Sequence record: OP312987.1
Direction: 5' to 3' (one strand)
DNA from: Escherichia phage vB_EcoS_Uz-1
Length of the DNA: 64,000 bases
The notes under the pieces were generated by a model that was not told the DNA's origin, did no database searches, and was given only the letters and a program-made list of their open reading frames with translations. A program made the position numbers and the translations under genes. Positions 8,484 through 18,935 of the stretch are shown piece by piece; the stretch's first letter is position 1, and every line of letters starts with the position of its first letter.

Positions 8484-10598
8484 ATGAACGAAATGTTCTC
8501 ACAAGGCGGTAAAGGCTCTACTGGTATTCTTACCAATAAGCAAGCCATTGCCCGTAAGTTTGGTGTTAAGCAGAATGAAGTAGTCTATTTTTCTGTAGGT
8601 GTAGACTTGGGTGGATACAAAGTCATTTATGATAAGACTACTCAACGCGCTTACTCATTGCCCGTACTTCCAGTAGGAACCACTGCTGTAAGTCTTAGTG
8701 AACATGCAGTCTTGGTTCATTCGGCAGGTACAGTTGATTTGGGTGAACTGGCTGCTGCACGTAGAGAGTTTGTATGCTTATCTGATTCATTTACTACGGG
8801 CTTAGTAGTAAATACTCGAAATGAGCTTTTGATGCATAATGGTATTGGTTATACCTACTTAGGTTCTCTACCCGTAACTATTGTTGAAGGGGCCAACCCT
8901 GTTGGCAACACGGATTGGAAGTCCCAAACGGATCCTAATTTGCGTGCTCAGTTGGCATCTCAGGATGGTATGACTTTAATTGGTAGTGTACCCGACGTAA
9001 CTGCCCTGGCTTCTGTTGGAGCAACAGTAGGGTCTAGTATAATGCTAGATTCGTACTCAGGCTCTTCCGTTGGTGGGGGTATTATGATTGCGGTTCCTAA
9101 TACTACTCCTGTAGATGAAGTTGTAACTTTCACCGGTGCAGGAGTGGTCTGGAAGCGTAAGTTCTTTGATGGCACTGCTACGGTATACGATGCAGGTTAT
9201 ACTGGTACGGGGGATATTGCCCCATTCATTAACAAGGTAAACTCTGCCGGTTACGATTGTCTTGTACCTACATCAGGGACTATTAGTACACCTATCTTAC
9301 TGGATGTAGCTAAGGGGGCTTTAGTAGGAGCCAATAAGTGTACCCTTACGGAAATGGAAGGTGTAACAGGAGAGTATTATTTAACCGTAATCAATTCTAA
9401 TACAGATTACACAGCCCGTGATGCCATTAATGCTACTGCCCTATTAACAGGTATTTCCTTTGTAGGTAAAGGTACTCGAAAGATGTGCTTGGGCAGTAGT
9501 ACTGGAGGGGAGATAGCAGAATTACGTATATCTAACTGCGGGTTTATATCTACCGCAGGTATTGAGTTTAAAGATAATGCATACCGTATCCTGTTTGATA
9601 AGTGCACCATTTCTCGCAGTTTTACTAACTCTGTAATCTTTAATTCCCCGGTTAATGCTGGTGAGGTTATAAAATTCAACCACTGCTGGATGGTTGATAA
9701 TGGGGGTCCATTTACATTTGAGAATGGGCAGTTCATCTTTGATTCATGCTCATTACCAGCAGGTAAAAAGGCAGGCTACTTCGATCCAGTAGTGGCATTA
9801 AGTGATAATGCTACCTTAGTATTTGCTAACGGTAATATTGAGTATCAACCCGGGCAGAGTTTTGTAGGCTTTACTGTGAGTGGAAGCTCACGCCTCAGTA
9901 TTAAAGATTCTACTATTCTGCTTCCAGAAGGCTACAGTACAGTGCCTATTGTTAGTAATGGTGATGGGGTAGTTAGTTTAAATAACTGCTCATTGCCCCT
10001 CTACGGTAACACAACGATTGCTACTGGATTTGCTACAAGACAGTTGATAGGCGGTGCAAGTAAAAAAGTAATGTCCAGAGGGTGCTTCCCTCGTGCAGGA
10101 TTTATTACAACTAACTGGAATCTAGGGAGCATTGTAAGCCCATATATTAATAGTATTAGCAATGGCTCAGGACAGTTTGGAAATACATCTAACTGGACAC
10201 TCTCGCAAACTGGAACAGGTGCTGTCACTGCTACTACAGCAAATGATGTTCCTAACGATTTAATGTTTACAACTTCTTTTGTTTTATCTGTACCATCAGC
10301 AGATGCAGCAGCTAACTTCACTCAAACAATCATTGATTGTGAACCGGGTCGTTATTTTCAGTTTGGTTTTTGGGCTAAAAATACAACAACCACCTTGGCG
10401 TCAATTAGATTCCTGGACCAGCAAGGAAATGCTGTTGCGGATTCCATAGGATATATCATTCCAGTAGTAAACACGTTCAACTTTTACGCTTTGGTGGATT
10501 GCGTTCCTCCAGGAGCTTACAAAGCTGAAATTAATTTTAATGTTTCTTCAGTTGTTGGAGGCGTCGTAATACACAATGCAGTTTATGGATTGATTTAA
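8484..10598 (+). CDS. tailspike / receptor-binding-like protein
   Basis: 704-aa ORF, ATG 8484 with GAGG upstream; N-terminal ~45 aa share a motif (..TQ..Y.LP.LP) with an internal segment of the 5713 gene; beta-rich, Gly/Thr/Asn-rich. Confidence 0.7.
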   Translation: MNEMFSQGGKGSTGILTNKQAIARKFGVKQNEVVYFSVGVDLGGYKVIYDKTTQRAYSLPVLPVGTTAVSLSEHAVLVHSAGTVDLGELAAARREFVCLSDSFTTGLVVNTRNELLMHNGIGYTYLGSLPVTIVEGANPVGNTDWKSQTDPNLRAQLASQDGMTLIGSVPDVTALASVGATVGSSIMLDSYSGSSVGGGIMIAVPNTTPVDEVVTFTGAGVVWKRKFFDGTATVYDAGYTGTGDIAPFINKVNSAGYDCLVPTSGTISTPILLDVAKGALVGANKCTLTEMEGVTGEYYLTVINSNTDYTARDAINATALLTGISFVGKGTRKMCLGSSTGGEIAELRISNCGFISTAGIEFKDNAYRILFDKCTISRSFTNSVIFNSPVNAGEVIKFNHCWMVDNGGPFTFENGQFIFDSCSLPAGKKAGYFDPVVALSDNATLVFANGNIEYQPGQSFVGFTVSGSSRLSIKDSTILLPEGYSTVPIVSNGDGVVSLNNCSLPLYGNTTIATGFATRQLIGGASKKVMSRGCFPRAGFITTNWNLGSIVSPYINSISNGSGQFGNTSNWTLSQTGTGAVTATTANDVPNDLMFTTSFVLSVPSADAAANFTQTIIDCEPGRYFQFGFWAKNTTTTLASIRFLDQQGNAVADSIGYIIPVVNTFNFYALVDCVPPGAYKAEINFNVSSVVGGVVIHNAVYGLI

Positions 10599-10603
10599 TT
10601 AAA

Positions 10604-10628
10604 ACTAAGGCCCAAACTGGGCCTTTTC
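10604..10628. terminator. bidirectional intrinsic terminator between convergent genes
   Basis: Hairpin GGCCCAAACTGGGCC with T-rich flanks on both strands, between the stop of 8484..10598 (+) and the stop of 10629..11282 (-). Confidence 0.6.
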
Positions 10629-11282
10629 TTATATAGAGTTTACTGTTTGCATTACCTCAACCGATACTGCTGTTAGGGTAATTACTTGCCCGGATAAGTT
10701 AAACATACCCAACTGAATACCATCTACCATGAAAGGGTCAGATGAACCAAGTGTGTAAGTAGCTAGTACGTTATCCCTATTAGCTATGTCCGTACCCTGT
10801 ACCTTAACACTAGTGTCTGAACCAACTACTGTAGTTCCATTGGTTCGTCTTGTTTGTGTTCTCCATTCTCTTGCTGTACCAGCACCTCCTGTAATAGTTC
10901 CTGATATACGTACACTGAACATTACCTGGGTATTCCTGGTTCTAATAGGGAATTTAAGATTACCTCCTTCAATTGTTAATGCTGCTGTACCCCCAGGTGA
11001 TTTAGTTATCCATGGTAATGAAAAGTAATTGAGCCAGGACTGGTCATTTACTACCTGGCTCCCGGTCCATGTATACAAGTCCAGAAGGAAAGTATCTTCT
11101 AACTCTGTTGGTGGGATGGGTAGTAGTTCAGGGGGAAGCTCTGAAACGTTATTAGCAGAAACTATTCGTTCCCCATAGCTTCCCACGACCAACAAACCAC
11201 CCTTCATTTTGCACACAACATCCTTACCACTTTGGAAAATATCTTTAATAGACATAGATACCTCGTAGTTGATACCAGACAC
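10629..11282 (-). CDS. hypothetical protein encoded opposite to the late operon
   Basis: 217-aa minus-strand ORF inside the plus-strand late module, bounded by the bidirectional terminator and a ~100 bp AT-rich upstream region. Confidence 0.6.
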   Translation of the reverse strand: MSGINYEVSMSIKDIFQSGKDVVCKMKGGLLVVGSYGERIVSANNVSELPPELLPIPPTELEDTFLLDLYTWTGSQVVNDQSWLNYFSLPWITKSPGGTAALTIEGGNLKFPIRTRNTQVMFSVRISGTITGGAGTAREWRTQTRRTNGTTVVGSDTSVKVQGTDIANRDNVLATYTLGSSDPFMVDGIQLGMFNLSGQVITLTAVSVEVMQTVNSI

Positions 11283-11379
11283 TATGTCTGGATGTACTCC
11301 ATCATACTAAGTATTATCTAAGAGTCATCTTATGATACGACCCTATTGGGGTTTCTAACTTTACAACTACGGTAATATT

Positions 11380-11709
11380 ATGAATGAATCGGGTGAACTG
11401 CTCCTAGTCAGACTGGAGGAACGATTGAAGACTCTGTTTGAGAACCATACAAGGGAAAGGCAGGACCGTGAGAAACTGGAGGAAACTCTGGTGGAACTAC
11501 GGGATTCAATCAATGACATAGGCAATAGACTGAAAAATGTGGAAGAGAGCATCACTAAGTCTGAACCCACCATTGAAGAGTTCATCACCATTAAACATAA
11601 GGTTGCTGGTGCTGGGATTTTTGGTAAGTGGGTATGGGCTGGAGCAGGTGCAATTATTGGTGTATTGGCTGCTGCAAGACGGGAGATATTCGCATGGTTC
11701 GCAGGCTAA
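11380..11709 (+). CDS. membrane protein with coiled-coil N-terminus and C-terminal TM anchor (holin/antiholin candidate)
   Basis: 109 aa; charged coiled-coil-like N-terminal half, C-terminal hydrophobic stretch GIFGKWVWAGAGAIIGVLAAA; sits at the head of the lysis cassette. Confidence 0.5.
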   Translation: MNESGELLLVRLEERLKTLFENHTRERQDREKLEETLVELRDSINDIGNRLKNVEESITKSEPTIEEFITIKHKVAGAGIFGKWVWAGAGAIIGVLAAARREIFAWFAG

Positions 11710-11954
11710 AAAGAAAAGTAGAGTTAGTACCTAACTGGAAAAGATGCTGGAAGTGGGCATCCATTCAGATTAGTACATTTGGGTTAATTATGTTTTCTGC
11801 TATAGATATCATTCAACCAATGCTGACAGGATTACCCCGTCACATCCTAGAAGACATTCCCCATGGTTCAAATATTGCAATCGCACTCTTTGCCTTAAAC
11901 ATCATAGGCAGATTAATACGATTCCGACCAAAGGAAGATTCACATGAAAGCTAA
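11694..11954 (+). CDS. putative holin (two predicted TM segments)
   Basis: In-frame ATG 11694 inside ORF 11628..11954; product MVRRLKRK... has two hydrophobic segments; directly upstream of and overlapping the endolysin gene. Confidence 0.5.
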   Translation: MVRRLKRKVELVPNWKRCWKWASIQISTFGLIMFSAIDIIQPMLTGLPRHILEDIPHGSNIAIALFALNIIGRLIRFRPKEDSHES

Positions 11955-12579
11955 ACAGAAACTTGCTGCTAAAGGTGGTGCAGTGGGAGGAGTTGTCGCT
12001 GCTATCCTGGGGGCAGTGTTCTATATGGAAGGGGGATATGTAAATAATCCCCGTGACCCAGGTGGGGAAACTAATCATGGTATTACCCAATCGGTAGCTA
12101 AGACTCATAAAGAAGTTCTGGCTACTGAGTACGGTTGGGATGGTTCTATGAAGGGTTTATCTAAAGAGATGGCTGCTGAGATATACATTGATGACTACGT
12201 ACTCAAACCTAACTTCGTAGCCTTCGCTGATATATCCCCTGCTGTAACACATAAGCTGGTAGATGCTGGTGTTAACACTGGTGTAACCCGTCCGGCTAAG
12301 TGGTTACAGTTATCTCTTAATGAAATGTCCCGTGATGGCAAAGACTACCCTAAAATACAGGTTGATGGTAAAGTCGGTACAAGTACTGTTAATGCATATA
12401 AAGCATTACAGAAAAAACGAGGCAAAGTTGCAGCATGTCAGGTAATGATTAAGCTGCTTGATGCTAAACAACTGAACCACTATACCTCATTAAACATGCC
12501 AGACTTTACGTATGGTTGGGTAGCTAACCGAATTGGCAATGTGCCACTGGAGGCATGTAATGAAGATGCTAATCTCTAA
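11944..12579 (+). CDS. endolysin, GH108-type N-acetylmuramidase with N-terminal signal-anchor
   Basis: N-terminal hydrophobic GGAVGGVVAAILGAVF followed by the GH108 signature EGGYVNNPRDPGGETNHGIT and a C-terminal peptidoglycan-binding-like region; GGAAG SD before ATG. Confidence 0.85.
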   Translation: MKAKQKLAAKGGAVGGVVAAILGAVFYMEGGYVNNPRDPGGETNHGITQSVAKTHKEVLATEYGWDGSMKGLSKEMAAEIYIDDYVLKPNFVAFADISPAVTHKLVDAGVNTGVTRPAKWLQLSLNEMSRDGKDYPKIQVDGKVGTSTVNAYKALQKKRGKVAACQVMIKLLDAKQLNHYTSLNMPDFTYGWVANRIGNVPLEACNEDANL

Positions 12580-13066
12580 AGGTTGGCCTTATCTTCTGGT
12601 GGTGGTCCTTGGGGCCACCATTTACTTTTGGGGTAATTCCAATGGACAGTCTACTGTTCAAAAGAAGTGGGATGCCCAAAAGGTTGAAGACCAGAAGGCA
12701 ACGCAAAAACTACAGGATAAATACAATGCTCTCCAAAGAAACCATAGTTATGAAGTCGGGTTACTTACTTCCCGGTTGCAGACGGCTGAGAGTAATTACG
12801 CAAGTGAGCTTGCTCGCGTTAGCAGTGATTACGACAGCCGGATGCAACAGTCTGAAAGACGAGCATCGGTATATAAACGTCAAGCCGAAGCCGGAACCCT
12901 TGAGTGCAGAAGTCTTGCAAGCCATGCAGCCAGACTCGACAACAGTCTTGAAGAAGGCAGACGTTTGGTTGAAGAACTCCGGGCAACTGTTAGACTCCGT
13001 GACAACCAACTAATTGAGTTGGGTAAACAAATTCAGGCTGACCGTAAACTTTTTGAACAGGAATAA
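12560..13066 (+). CDS. i-spanin (Rz-like)
   Basis: Start at ATG 12560 (GGAGG 6 nt upstream; ORF track begins 12533); N-terminal [27 protein letters not shown] then long coiled-coil-like region; overlaps the endolysin 3' end. Confidence 0.7.
   Translation: MKMLISKGWPYLLVVVLGATIYFWGNSNGQSTVQKKWDAQKVEDQKATQKLQDKYNALQRNHSYEVGLLTSRLQTAESNYASELARVSSDYDSRMQQSERRASVYKRQAEAGTLECRSLASHAARLDNSLEEGRRLVEELRATVRLRDNQLIELGKQIQADRKLFEQE
12750..13013 (+). CDS. o-spanin (Rz1-like lipoprotein) embedded in the i-spanin gene
   Basis: Alternate frame wholly inside 12560..13066; ATG 12750 gives [32 protein letters not shown] with a lipobox (TAGC) and Pro-rich mature part. Confidence 0.65.
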   Translation: MKSGYLLPGCRRLRVITQVSLLALAVITTAGCNSLKDEHRYINVKPKPEPLSAEVLQAMQPDSTTVLKKADVWLKNSGQLLDSVTTN

Positions 13067-13068
13067 CT

Positions 13069-15339
13069 ATGGAACACCAAGACACTTTTAAGCCTTTACC
13101 AGACCCGGCTCAATCAGATAAGTTAACGGACTGGAAGAAGGAACCAAGTATCCAATTACTGAAGGGTGATTTGGAATCTGCTAAACCTGCTCACGATGCA
13201 ATCATGGCACAGATTCGTGAGTGGAATGACTTAATGGAAGTTAAGGGTAAGGCTAAACCCCCAAAGGTTAAAGGACGCTCACAAGTCCAACCCAGACTGG
13301 TTCGCCGTCAGGCAGAGTGGCGATATGCTCCATTGTCTGAGCCGTTCCTCTCATCTAATAAACTCTTTAAGGTAACTCCGGTTACTTTTGAAGATGAGTT
13401 AGCTGCTCGTCAGAATGAACTAGTCCTTAACTACCAATTCCGTACTCAGCTTAATAAAGTAAAACTGGTAGATGATTACGTGCATAGTGTCGTAGATGAC
13501 GGTACTGGTATTGCTCGTATTGGTTGGGAACGTAAGACTGTTAAGATTAAAACGGAAACTCCAGTCTTCCAGTTGTATCCTATTGAGAACCAGGAACAAG
13601 CAGATGTTCTTCAGCAGGCTTTGCAGCTTCAGGCAGAGAATCCTCGTGAGTATGACGAAACAATGCCAGAAGATATTAAGGAAGCTGTTAACTACTTCAA
13701 TGAAACTGGGGAAGCTACTTACGCAATCCAGACAGGAGTTACTGAAGTAGAAGTAGAGAAAGCACTGGTTAACAGACCTACCGTTGAGATGCTTAACCCT
13801 AATAATGTAGTTATTGACCCAAGCTGTAATGGTGATTTGGATAAGGCTCTGTATGCAGTTATCTCCTTTGAAACTTGCAAAGCAGACCTTATGAAAAACA
13901 AAGACCGTTATCACAATCTGGATAAGATTGACTGGGAGAGTTCCAGTCCCATTACTGACCCAGACCATGAAAGTAAAACTCCTAGCGACTTCCAGTTTAA
14001 GGATGCTCTGCGTAAGAAAGTAGTTGCTTATGAGTACTGGGGATTCTACGACATTAATGATGACGGTTCCCTGGAACCAATTGTTGCTACCTGGATTGGT
14101 TCTACTCTTATTCGTATGGAGAAGAACCCATTCCCGGATGGCAAGTTACCATTGGTAGTTGTTCCTTACATGCCACGTAAACGTGAACTTTACGGTGAAG
14201 CTGATGCTGAACTCTTGGGTGATAACCAAGCAATCCTTGGTGCAACTATACGTGGGATGATTGACTTGTTGGGCCGAAGTGCAAATGGGCAACGTGGTTA
14301 CCCTAAAGGGATGTTAGATACTCTGAACCGACGTCGATATGATGATGGACAAGACTATGAATATAACCCAATGCAGGGTAATCCTAGTCAGTCCATTATG
14401 GAACACAAGTTTCCTGAGTTACCACAGTCGGCAATAGTGATGACTCAGATGCAAAACCAGGAAGCAGAAGCATTAACTGGGGTTAAGGCATTCTCCGGTG
14501 GTGTAACTGGTTCAGCTTACGGTGATGTTGCTGCTGGTATTCGTGGTGCACTTGATGCAGCATCCAAACGTGAGATGGCAATCCTTCGTCGATTAGCTAA
14601 GGGTATGGCAGACATTGGTACTAAAATTTGTGCAATGAATGCTGTGTTCTTATCTGAGAAAGAAGTAGTACGTATTACTAACGAGCAGTATGTAGAGATT
14701 AACCGTGAAGATCTTAAAGGTAATTTCGACATTGAGGTTGATATTAATACTGCTGAAATTGATAACCAGAAATCCCAGGACTTAAGCTTCATGGTTCAAA
14801 CGTTAGGTAATACAGTTGACCAGACTATTACGTTATCCCTTGTAGCTAAGATTGCAGAACTTAAACGTATGCCAGACCTTGCACATGAGTTACGTACATG
14901 GCAACCACAACCAGACCCTATGGAAGAACAGCTTAAGCAATTGGCAATTCAGAAAGCACAGCTTGAGAATGAAGAGTTGCAAAGTAAGATTGCACTCAAT
15001 ATGGCTAAGGCTAAAGAGGCTGCTTCTAGTGGTGACCTTAAAGACCTGGATTATCTGGAGCAAGAATCTGGTACTAAACATGCTCGTGATATGGAGAAAC
15101 AAAAAGCACAATCCCAAGGAAACCAGAACCTTCAGATAACTAAGGCGTTGACAACACCTACTAAAGAAGGTGAAACTACCCCCAACATATCTGCTGCTGT
15201 TGGATATAACGCTTTGACTAATGGGAACTCTATACCAGAACGTGATTTAGCTGCTCAGCAAGACCCAGCTTATTCGCTTAGTTCCCAATACTATGACCCT
15301 AGCCAAGACCCAGCATCGGCTCTTGGCATGAACTTGTAA
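13069..15339 (+). CDS. portal protein
   Basis: 756-aa ORF with AGGA SD, positioned between lysis genes and scaffold/capsid genes as in N4-like phages; assigned by size and synteny. Confidence 0.75.
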   Translation: MEHQDTFKPLPDPAQSDKLTDWKKEPSIQLLKGDLESAKPAHDAIMAQIREWNDLMEVKGKAKPPKVKGRSQVQPRLVRRQAEWRYAPLSEPFLSSNKLFKVTPVTFEDELAARQNELVLNYQFRTQLNKVKLVDDYVHSVVDDGTGIARIGWERKTVKIKTETPVFQLYPIENQEQADVLQQALQLQAENPREYDETMPEDIKEAVNYFNETGEATYAIQTGVTEVEVEKALVNRPTVEMLNPNNVVIDPSCNGDLDKALYAVISFETCKADLMKNKDRYHNLDKIDWESSSPITDPDHESKTPSDFQFKDALRKKVVAYEYWGFYDINDDGSLEPIVATWIGSTLIRMEKNPFPDGKLPLVVVPYMPRKRELYGEADAELLGDNQAILGATIRGMIDLLGRSANGQRGYPKGMLDTLNRRRYDDGQDYEYNPMQGNPSQSIMEHKFPELPQSAIVMTQMQNQEAEALTGVKAFSGGVTGSAYGDVAAGIRGALDAASKREMAILRRLAKGMADIGTKICAMNAVFLSEKEVVRITNEQYVEINREDLKGNFDIEVDINTAEIDNQKSQDLSFMVQTLGNTVDQTITLSLVAKIAELKRMPDLAHELRTWQPQPDPMEEQLKQLAIQKAQLENEELQSKIALNMAKAKEAASSGDLKDLDYLEQESGTKHARDMEKQKAQSQGNQNLQITKALTTPTKEGETTPNISAAVGYNALTNGNSIPERDLAAQQDPAYSLSSQYYDPSQDPASALGMNL

Positions 15340-15352
15340 GGCAGACCTTCAT

Positions 15353-15697
15353 ATGAGTAAAGAATCAACAATCGCTGGACTGGAACATCGACTGGAAGCT
15401 GCTAAAGGTGCAGTTGCACATGCAGAAGATGTACGTAAACTTCTGGAGAATCCACTGTTCCGTAAAGTAATTCTTCGCCAGTTCTGTGTGGAAGATTGTG
15501 CACGTTACGTGCAAGAGTCTGGTGACCCACTGCTTGAACCAAATAACCGTGCAGATGCATTGAACATGGCTCAAGCTGCTGGTCACTTACGTCGTTGGCT
15601 CGACCTCGCCATTCGTATGGGCGAAAACGAAGCTGACGTTATTCTACAGGTAGAAGAAGAACTCGACGCAGTTCGTGCTGAACCTGAAGACGAATAA
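15353..15697 (+). CDS. hypothetical protein
   Basis: 114-aa ORF between portal and scaffold-like gene. Confidence 0.55.
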   Translation: MSKESTIAGLEHRLEAAKGAVAHAEDVRKLLENPLFRKVILRQFCVEDCARYVQESGDPLLEPNNRADALNMAQAAGHLRRWLDLAIRMGENEADVILQVEEELDAVRAEPEDE

Positions 15698-15716
15698 TTA
15701 ACCGGAGATATTTCCT

Positions 15717-16937
15717 ATGACTACGGAAGCTGCAACCACAGCTTCCGACATTCTCGCAATGTCGGATGATGAGATTCTGAATATGGAAGCCCCAGCAATT
15801 ATTGCTGAGGAAGATACTTCCACTCAGAACAACCCAGAAACCAACGGCGTACAGGCTCCTGAAGAAGAAGTTGACACCCCTGCTGTTGAAGACCTACCAA
15901 CCGAAGAAACCTCCCCCGAAGCCGAACCAGATGAAGAAGATTCAGCAAATCCTTTAACTTCTGATAAAGTTGATGATAAAGTTGTTGACACAGAAGTTGA
16001 TAGTAACGGCGAGCCGATTACTAAAGCTGAACCTTCTACTACTGAACCAGGCCAGGAACAGGAAGAAGAAGGCAAACAGTCTGAAGGTCTGCCTGCTGAC
16101 TTCAACTATAAGGAAGGTTACGAGAAGTTGATGGCTCCTTTTAAAGCTAACGGCAAAGTGATTACTCCCCGTTCACCGGAGGAGGCCATTAGCCTGATGC
16201 AGATGGGTGCTAACTATACTCGTAAGATGCAAGAACTAAAGCCTTACCGTAAGGTAATGCTGATGTTACAGAACAACGGTTTAATGGATGAGGATAAACT
16301 TTCTTTCCTGATTGATCTGGATAAAAAGAATCCTGAAGCTATTAAGAAGTTGCTCAAAGACTCTGGTACAGACCCTCTGGATTTTAACCCAGATGAGGAA
16401 ATTAACTACCAGGGTGGCAATCACCGTGTTACCGACACCGAAGCAGATTTTGCAACCGAAATTGACGACTTAAAGTCTACTCAAGAAGGACAAGCTACAT
16501 TAGGTGTTATCGGCTCGACATGGGATGCTGCCAGTAAAGATGCTCTTTACCAGAATCGTGGCCTACTTCAGACTATTCACGAACAACGTGAGAATGGTAT
16601 TTATGACACCATTGCAAACGAAGTGAACCGTCTTCAGATGTTAGGCCAGATTCCGGTAGGTACTCCGTTCATTCAGGCTTATAACCACGTCGGTAACCTC
16701 CTTGCACAGCAAGGGGCATTTAACCGAGTGACTAAGCCTGAACCGGTACAAGCAGTTAAACCAGTAGTTCAGCCGGTAGTGCGTGTAGCACAACCTAAGC
16801 AGACTCTGGCTAACAGTGAGCAAGCTAAAGCAGCTTCCCTTAATCGGGCTGCTACACGTAAAGCTACACCTATTGTAAACCCACTCGCTATGAGTGATGA
16901 AGATTTCGCTAAACTCCCAGTACCGGGTAGTCTTTAA
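15717..16937 (+). CDS. scaffold-like protein (acidic, low-complexity N-terminus)
   Basis: 406 aa, highly acidic Glu/Asp/Pro/Thr-rich N-terminal third, immediately upstream of the major capsid gene. Confidence 0.5.
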   Translation: MTTEAATTASDILAMSDDEILNMEAPAIIAEEDTSTQNNPETNGVQAPEEEVDTPAVEDLPTEETSPEAEPDEEDSANPLTSDKVDDKVVDTEVDSNGEPITKAEPSTTEPGQEQEEEGKQSEGLPADFNYKEGYEKLMAPFKANGKVITPRSPEEAISLMQMGANYTRKMQELKPYRKVMLMLQNNGLMDEDKLSFLIDLDKKNPEAIKKLLKDSGTDPLDFNPDEEINYQGGNHRVTDTEADFATEIDDLKSTQEGQATLGVIGSTWDAASKDALYQNRGLLQTIHEQRENGIYDTIANEVNRLQMLGQIPVGTPFIQAYNHVGNLLAQQGAFNRVTKPEPVQAVKPVVQPVVRVAQPKQTLANSEQAKAASLNRAATRKATPIVNPLAMSDEDFAKLPVPGSL

Positions 16938-16953
16938 ACAGGAATAAGATGAT

Positions 16954-18156
16954 ATGTTAAACTATAACGCCCCAATTGACGGCCAGAAATCTAGCATTGA
17001 TGGTGCTGGTTCCGACCAGATGAATACCTATTACTGGCTGAAGAAAGCTATTATTCAGTCTCGTAAAGATCAGTACTTCATGCCACTGGCTAACACCATT
17101 AACATGCCGAAGAACTATGGCAAGACTGTTAAGGTGTATGAGTACGTTCCGCTGCTTGACGATAAGAACATTAACGACCAGGGTATTGATGCCAACGGTG
17201 CTACCATTGTTAATGGTAACCTGTACGGTTCTTCCAGAGACGTTGGTAACATCACCTCTAAACTGCCTCTGCTGACAGAGAATGGTGGTCGTGTTAACCG
17301 TGTAGGCTTTACTCGTCTGTCTCGTGAAGGTTCCATCCATAAGTTTGGTTTCTTCTACGAATTTACTCAAGAGTCCCTGGACTTTGATTCTGATGACCAA
17401 CTGAAAGAACACCTGTCTCGTGAGCTGATGAACGGTGCTGTACAGTTGACTGAAGCTGTTCTCCAGAAAGACCTGTTGGCTGCTGCTGGTACTGTACTGT
17501 ATGCAGGTGCTGCTACCTCTGATGCTACCATCACTGGTGAAGGTGCTACCCCGTCTGTAGTTTCTTATAAGAACCTGATGCGTCTTGACCAGATTCTTAC
17601 TGAGAACCGTACTCCGACTCAGACTACTATCATCACTGGTTCTAAACTTACTGATACCAAAGTACTCGGTGGTACTCGTGTAATGTACGTTGGTTCTGAA
17701 CTGGTTCCAGAACTGAAAGCGATGAAAGACCTGTTCGGTAACAAAGCATTCATCGAGGTTCAGCACTATGCTGATGCTGGTACTCTGATGAATGGTGAGA
17801 TTGGTTGTATCGACAAGTTCCGTATTATCCAGGTTCCTGAGATGCTGCATTGGGCAGGTGCTGGTGCTCAGGTTACTACTAACCCGGGTTATCGTTCTTC
17901 TATGGTTAGTGGTCAAGAACACTACGACGTATTCCCAATGTTGGTAGTTGGTGATGACTCCTTCTCTACTATTGGCTTCCAGACTGATGGTAAGTCTGTT
18001 AAGTTCTCCATCATGACTAAGATGCCTGGTCGAGAAACTGCTGACCGTAATGACCCGTATGGTGAGACTGGCTTCAGTTCCATCAAGTGGTACTACGGTA
18101 TCCTGGTTAAACGTCCGGAACGTCTGGCTCTGATTAAGACTGTTGCTCCTCTGTAA
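16954..18156 (+). CDS. major capsid protein
   Basis: 400-aa ORF with AGGA SD, strongly expressed-gene codon usage (antisense strand stays open for 472 codons), followed by a strong hairpin; N4-like position. Confidence 0.8.
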   Translation: MLNYNAPIDGQKSSIDGAGSDQMNTYYWLKKAIIQSRKDQYFMPLANTINMPKNYGKTVKVYEYVPLLDDKNINDQGIDANGATIVNGNLYGSSRDVGNITSKLPLLTENGGRVNRVGFTRLSREGSIHKFGFFYEFTQESLDFDSDDQLKEHLSRELMNGAVQLTEAVLQKDLLAAAGTVLYAGAATSDATITGEGATPSVVSYKNLMRLDQILTENRTPTQTTIITGSKLTDTKVLGGTRVMYVGSELVPELKAMKDLFGNKAFIEVQHYADAGTLMNGEIGCIDKFRIIQVPEMLHWAGAGAQVTTNPGYRSSMVSGQEHYDVFPMLVVGDDSFSTIGFQTDGKSVKFSIMTKMPGRETADRNDPYGETGFSSIKWYYGILVKRPERLALIKTVAPL

Positions 18157-18172
18157 TAGTCCTAAATAAAAC

Positions 18173-18194
18173 GAGGGGGACTTATGTCCCCCTC
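18173..18194. other. stable GC hairpin downstream of capsid gene
   Basis: GAGGGGGAC-TTAT-GTCCCCCTC, 9-bp stem; a T-tract follows only on the minus-strand reading. Confidence 0.4.
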
Positions 18195-18223
18195 TTAACA
18201 AAACTAATTGAACCACAGGAAAT

Positions 18224-18865
18224 ATGAACATGAGCATTAACGATAAACCGACCACTGACGTAGAACTGGGCGTACAGGGCAACGAAGATACCGTTAACGA
18301 TATTGCAATGCCTAGCGAACTTGAAGTTCTTAAGCAACGTGCAACGTTGATGAATATTAAGTTCTCTAACAACATCTCCGTTGAGAAACTCCGTGAGAAG
18401 ATTGAAGCTGCACAAGCAAAAGATGAACCAGAAGTAAAAGAAGCTGCTGTTAACCCTTTAGGCGAAAAACAAGAAGCTGGTGTTAAGAAAATGACTCTGG
18501 GTCAGAAGATTCGTGCAGAGCAGACTCGACTGATTCGTGTACGTATTCAGAACCTTGACCCTAAGAAGAAAGATCTGCCAGGTGAGATTATCACCGTAGC
18601 TAACGAATATATGGGTACTGTACGTAAGTTTGTTCCATTCGGTGAAGTCACCGACAATGGTTATCATATTCCGTACTGTATCTACGAGTTCCTTAAAGAA
18701 CGTAAGTTCATCAACATTACGACTCGTAAAGGTAAGAATGGCTTACCGGATATCCGTGCAACAGAAGCACGAGAGTTCTCCATTGAAGTATTGCCTCCGC
18801 TGACTGAAGCAGAATTGGCTCAACTGGCTCAAGCACAGATTGCTGCTGGTAGCCTGAACGATTAA
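18224..18865 (+). CDS. hypothetical virion protein
   Basis: 213-aa ORF, AGGAA SD, followed by an intrinsic terminator. Confidence 0.6.
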   Translation: MNMSINDKPTTDVELGVQGNEDTVNDIAMPSELEVLKQRATLMNIKFSNNISVEKLREKIEAAQAKDEPEVKEAAVNPLGEKQEAGVKKMTLGQKIRAEQTRLIRVRIQNLDPKKKDLPGEIITVANEYMGTVRKFVPFGEVTDNGYHIPYCIYEFLKERKFINITTRKGKNGLPDIRATEAREFSIEVLPPLTEAELAQLAQAQIAAGSLND

Positions 18866-18886
18866 CGTATAAGCTACAGTTCAACA

Positions 18887-18924
18887 CGGCTCACTGGGGT
18901 AACTCCGTGGGCCGTTTCTTTTTG
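18887..18924 (+). terminator. intrinsic terminator
   Basis: CGGCTCAC...GTGGGCCG stem followed by TTTCTTTTTG. Confidence 0.7.
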
Positions 18925-18935
18925 AACCAAGAGGA

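Noticed and set aside
16957-18375. 472-codon minus-strand ORF overlapping the major capsid gene
   Set aside because: Antisense to a strongly codon-biased gene; product is low-complexity Ser/Thr/Leu-rich; no start context. Treated as an artefact of the sense-strand bias.
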